A DNA stretch of 64,000 nucleotides from Bacteroidia bacterium (GTDB lineage Bacteria; Bacteroidota; Bacteroidia; NS11-12g; UBA9320), in NCBI GenBank assembly GCA_020849295.1, contig JADLGN010000030.1, positions 75,692 through 139,691 of the forward strand. The letters run 5' to 3'. Shown here in pieces: positions 61,880 through 64,000 of this stretch. The first letter of the stretch is position 1. Each line of letters opens with the position of its first letter. The translations under genes and the position numbers were made by a program. The notes below the pieces were generated by a model, which was given only the letters and a program-made list of their open reading frames with translations, searched no databases and had not been told where the DNA came from.

Positions 61880-64000
61880 ATGGTGGTATTGTTATTTTCT
61901 GATAAAAAACCAAATAGTAAATTTTTAAAAAATGAAAACGTTTCTCTTGGAAAAACTTTAAACAAACACATTAATAAAAAACTTAATGAAATAGAACAAT
62001 TGTCGAAAAATACAGAATTATATGAAGCAATAAAATTTAAAAACATTAATTCCTATTCGATAAAACAGATTTCAAAAAAGAATTTTAGCCTTTTATGTAC
62101 AAAAAACGACAGTATTTATTTTTGGAACAGCAATCAACCGGTCAGCGATTCATCAGTTTTACGCAACAATGATTCTGTATTTGTAGCCGATGCCGGAAAA
62201 AACACATATTTGTTATACAGAAAATCAATAAATGAATTTAAGTGCTATTTCATATACAAAATTGCTGATTATTCTAAAATAGTAGAATTACCAACCGACC
62301 ATCCTTTCAATGGGCTTCATTACTTATACAATATAAAAATAGATAATGGTGATGGATATAAAATTTCATTAAAAAACAGCAATGCTCATGTGGTTTTCTT
62401 TTTAAAGGAAATAGAAGGAATAAACAGATTTGCTGTATTTTTTGGACTTTTAGCTCTTTTTATTTTCGGTTTTTCGGTTTTTAAATTCATCGAAAAAAAA
62501 AGTAAAAATGGATTATCAGTAAAAAATTTTATATTAATATCTTCACTATTCCTTTTAATAAGAATTTTGCTGTTTTACAGAATTATACTTTACTCATTAC
62601 AAAATACCGAAATTTTTAATCCCGAAATATTTGCTTCTTCAAAAATTGTCCCTTCAATGGGAGATTTGGTGCTTCACTTAGCTTGTTTCTTTGCTGTATT
62701 TATTTCATTTATAAACATAAAACAAAATGAATATTTAAAAATTTTAGATAGTAAATACAGAGTAATCAAGGCTCTAATACTTGTTTTATTTTTAGTTTTT
62801 CTGTCTGATATGGGTATTGGTATAGTAAAAAGTCTTGTAATTGACTCCAATATTACATTTCACTTTGCCGACTTGCCAAGAGTGGATATATATTCTTATT
62901 TAGCTATGGCCATAATTGGAGTAGTAATGGGCGGGATAATTTTTGTGGTAAGATATTTTATTTATAAAGCGGGATTAAGCAATTTTTCATTATGGAATAT
63001 ACTCTTTGTTTTCTTTATTTCATTTTTGTTTTATGCAGTTTTTCAAACATTTGATGCTCACTTGTCTCCAATAATAATACTTGTAAACATTATCTATTTT
63101 TCAATCATTGCTTTTTGGAATATTTATAAAATTAAAGTAAAAGAATTTTATCTGAATATACTTGTTTTATTAATGATATCAGGATTTTCAGCTTACATTA
63201 TATATTTTCAAAATCAAAAACACGAAGAACAATATCTTAATATTTTTATTGATAAAATAATATCTGAACAAGATATTGAAGCAGAAAGTAAATTTTCACT
63301 TATTGACAACGAACTTGTAAGAGAATTTATAACCCCCCAGGATTTTAAAGATTTTATAAAACACCGCGATGAATATGAAAAAAGAATAAAAAACCTTTTT
63401 TTTTCCGGTTATCTTGATAAGTTTGACCTGAAAATTTTAAGTTTCGACAGCAGTCACAACTCTCTTAATATTGACACCAGATATTCTTTCAAGATTTTGG
63501 ACAATATATACTTGTTTAAATCAACCCCAACCATAAGTACTCACTTTTATAAGATAAATAATAAAACAGGCATAAGAGGATATATTGCAAAATTTGAAAC
63601 CTGCAATCTTGAAGGCAGTCTTGGTTCTGTTTTTTTGCTGTTGCAGCCAAAACTTATTCAAAGCTCTCATTCATATCCTGACATTTTCAGCGATAAAAAA
63701 CAACAAAATGTTTTTGAATTTAAAGACTATTCATATTCTATTTATCAAAATCAAAAACTTGTAAGCCAGAAAGGAGATTATCCATATAGCCTTATTCAGC
63801 CTAAAAATGAAAAAAATATTGAAAATGAATTATCATTATCAGGCTATAAGCATTTTGTTTATAAGCCGCAAAAAGATGTTACTGTGATTATAAGCAAAAG
63901 AAAAGATTATATGGTAAAATCATTTGCAATGTTTTCGTTTATGTTTATTTTCTTTACAATTTTGGGTTTAGTTTTTTCATTACTTTGGACCGGTTTATTT
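61880..64000 (+). CDS. Large polytopic membrane protein, 3'-partial (N-terminal TM, about 200-aa extracytoplasmic domain, multi-TM block, second soluble region, further TM); possible sensor-type protein
   Basis: The frame is open from 61826 to the window end (725 codons, not in the ORF track because no stop is reached). First in-frame ATG is at 61880; a TTG at 61826 overlaps the hldD stop. AT-rich codon usage matches neighbouring genes. Confidence 0.6.
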   Translation, partial: MVVLLFSDKKPNSKFLKNENVSLGKTLNKHINKKLNEIEQLSKNTELYEAIKFKNINSYSIKQISKKNFSLLCTKNDSIYFWNSNQPVSDSSVLRNNDSVFVADAGKNTYLLYRKSINEFKCYFIYKIADYSKIVELPTDHPFNGLHYLYNIKIDNGDGYKISLKNSNAHVVFFLKEIEGINRFAVFFGLLALFIFGFSVFKFIEKKSKNGLSVKNFILISSLFLLIRILLFYRIILYSLQNTEIFNPEIFASSKIVPSMGDLVLHLACFFAVFISFINIKQNEYLKILDSKYRVIKALILVLFLVFLSDMGIGIVKSLVIDSNITFHFADLPRVDIYSYLAMAIIGVVMGGIIFVVRYFIYKAGLSNFSLWNILFVFFISFLFYAVFQTFDAHLSPIIILVNIIYFSIIAFWNIYKIKVKEFYLNILVLLMISGFSAYIIYFQNQKHEEQYLNIFIDKIISEQDIEAESKFSLIDNELVREFITPQDFKDFIKHRDEYEKRIKNLFFSGYLDKFDLKILSFDSSHNSLNIDTRYSFKILDNIYLFKSTPTISTHFYKINNKTGIRGYIAKFETCNLEGSLGSVFLLLQPKLIQSSHSYPDIFSDKKQQNVFEFKDYSYSIYQNQKLVSQKGDYPYSLIQPKNEKNIENELSLSGYKHFVYKPQKDVTVIISKRKDYMVKSFAMFSFMFIFFTILGLVFSLLWTGLF

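Noticed and set aside
61855-62046. ORF 61855..62046(-) listed in the track
   Set aside because: It lies antisense to the beginning of the long open frame that runs to the window end. The plus-strand frame has consistent membrane-protein features, so the minus ORF is spurious.
1-64000. CRISPR arrays, rRNA genes and tRNA genes
   Set aside because: No regularly spaced 25-40 bp direct repeats, no rRNA-like conserved blocks and no tRNA T-arm or anticodon-arm patterns were found on reading the intergenic regions.

Overview
Low-GC (about 30%) chromosomal segment that looks like Bacteroidota, probably a Flavobacteriia-like organism; this is inferred from the dcw gene order, a T9SS C-terminal sorting domain, 'OmpA family protein' architecture and absence of Shine-Dalgarno-style spacing, not from any search. 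The window is mostly housekeeping. It holds a partial duplicated ABC ATPase, a thioesterase, purB, a CoA-binding protein, a GT2 glycosyltransferase with an MFS transporter, and a 914-aa TPR/PD40/OmpA outer-membrane protein. It holds a complete dcw cluster running mraZ-rsmH-ftsL-ftsI-murE-mraY-murD-ftsW-murG-murC-ftsQ-ftsA-ftsZ. It then holds pyrE, coaD, cvfB, lptB, guaB, accBC, ppsA, uvrA, dxs, a mobA-fdhD pair, hldD, and a large membrane protein running off the 3' end. Accessory content sits in three places. (1) Two tandem paralogous small secreted proteins with a shared C-terminal Cys motif lie just upstream of the dcw cluster. (2) A heavy-metal RND efflux operon whose pump is fused in frame to a TolC-like outer-membrane factor, plus a His-rich adaptor and an upstream Cys/His-rich small ORF. 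(3) A GC-richer block at about 34.1-40.8 kb carries a Type III restriction-modification system in the order C-controller HTH, res, a GxxExxY four-helix-bundle gene, then mod. It has two palindromic putative C-boxes. Both flanks are unusually GC-rich noncoding DNA containing long inverted repeats and shared short motifs, and no integrase is present. No tRNA, rRNA or CRISPR array was recognised. Nothing here can be called a clearly novel system from sequence alone. The most promising leads for follow-up are the two structured noncoding flanks of the RM block and the two-gene secreted-protein family.
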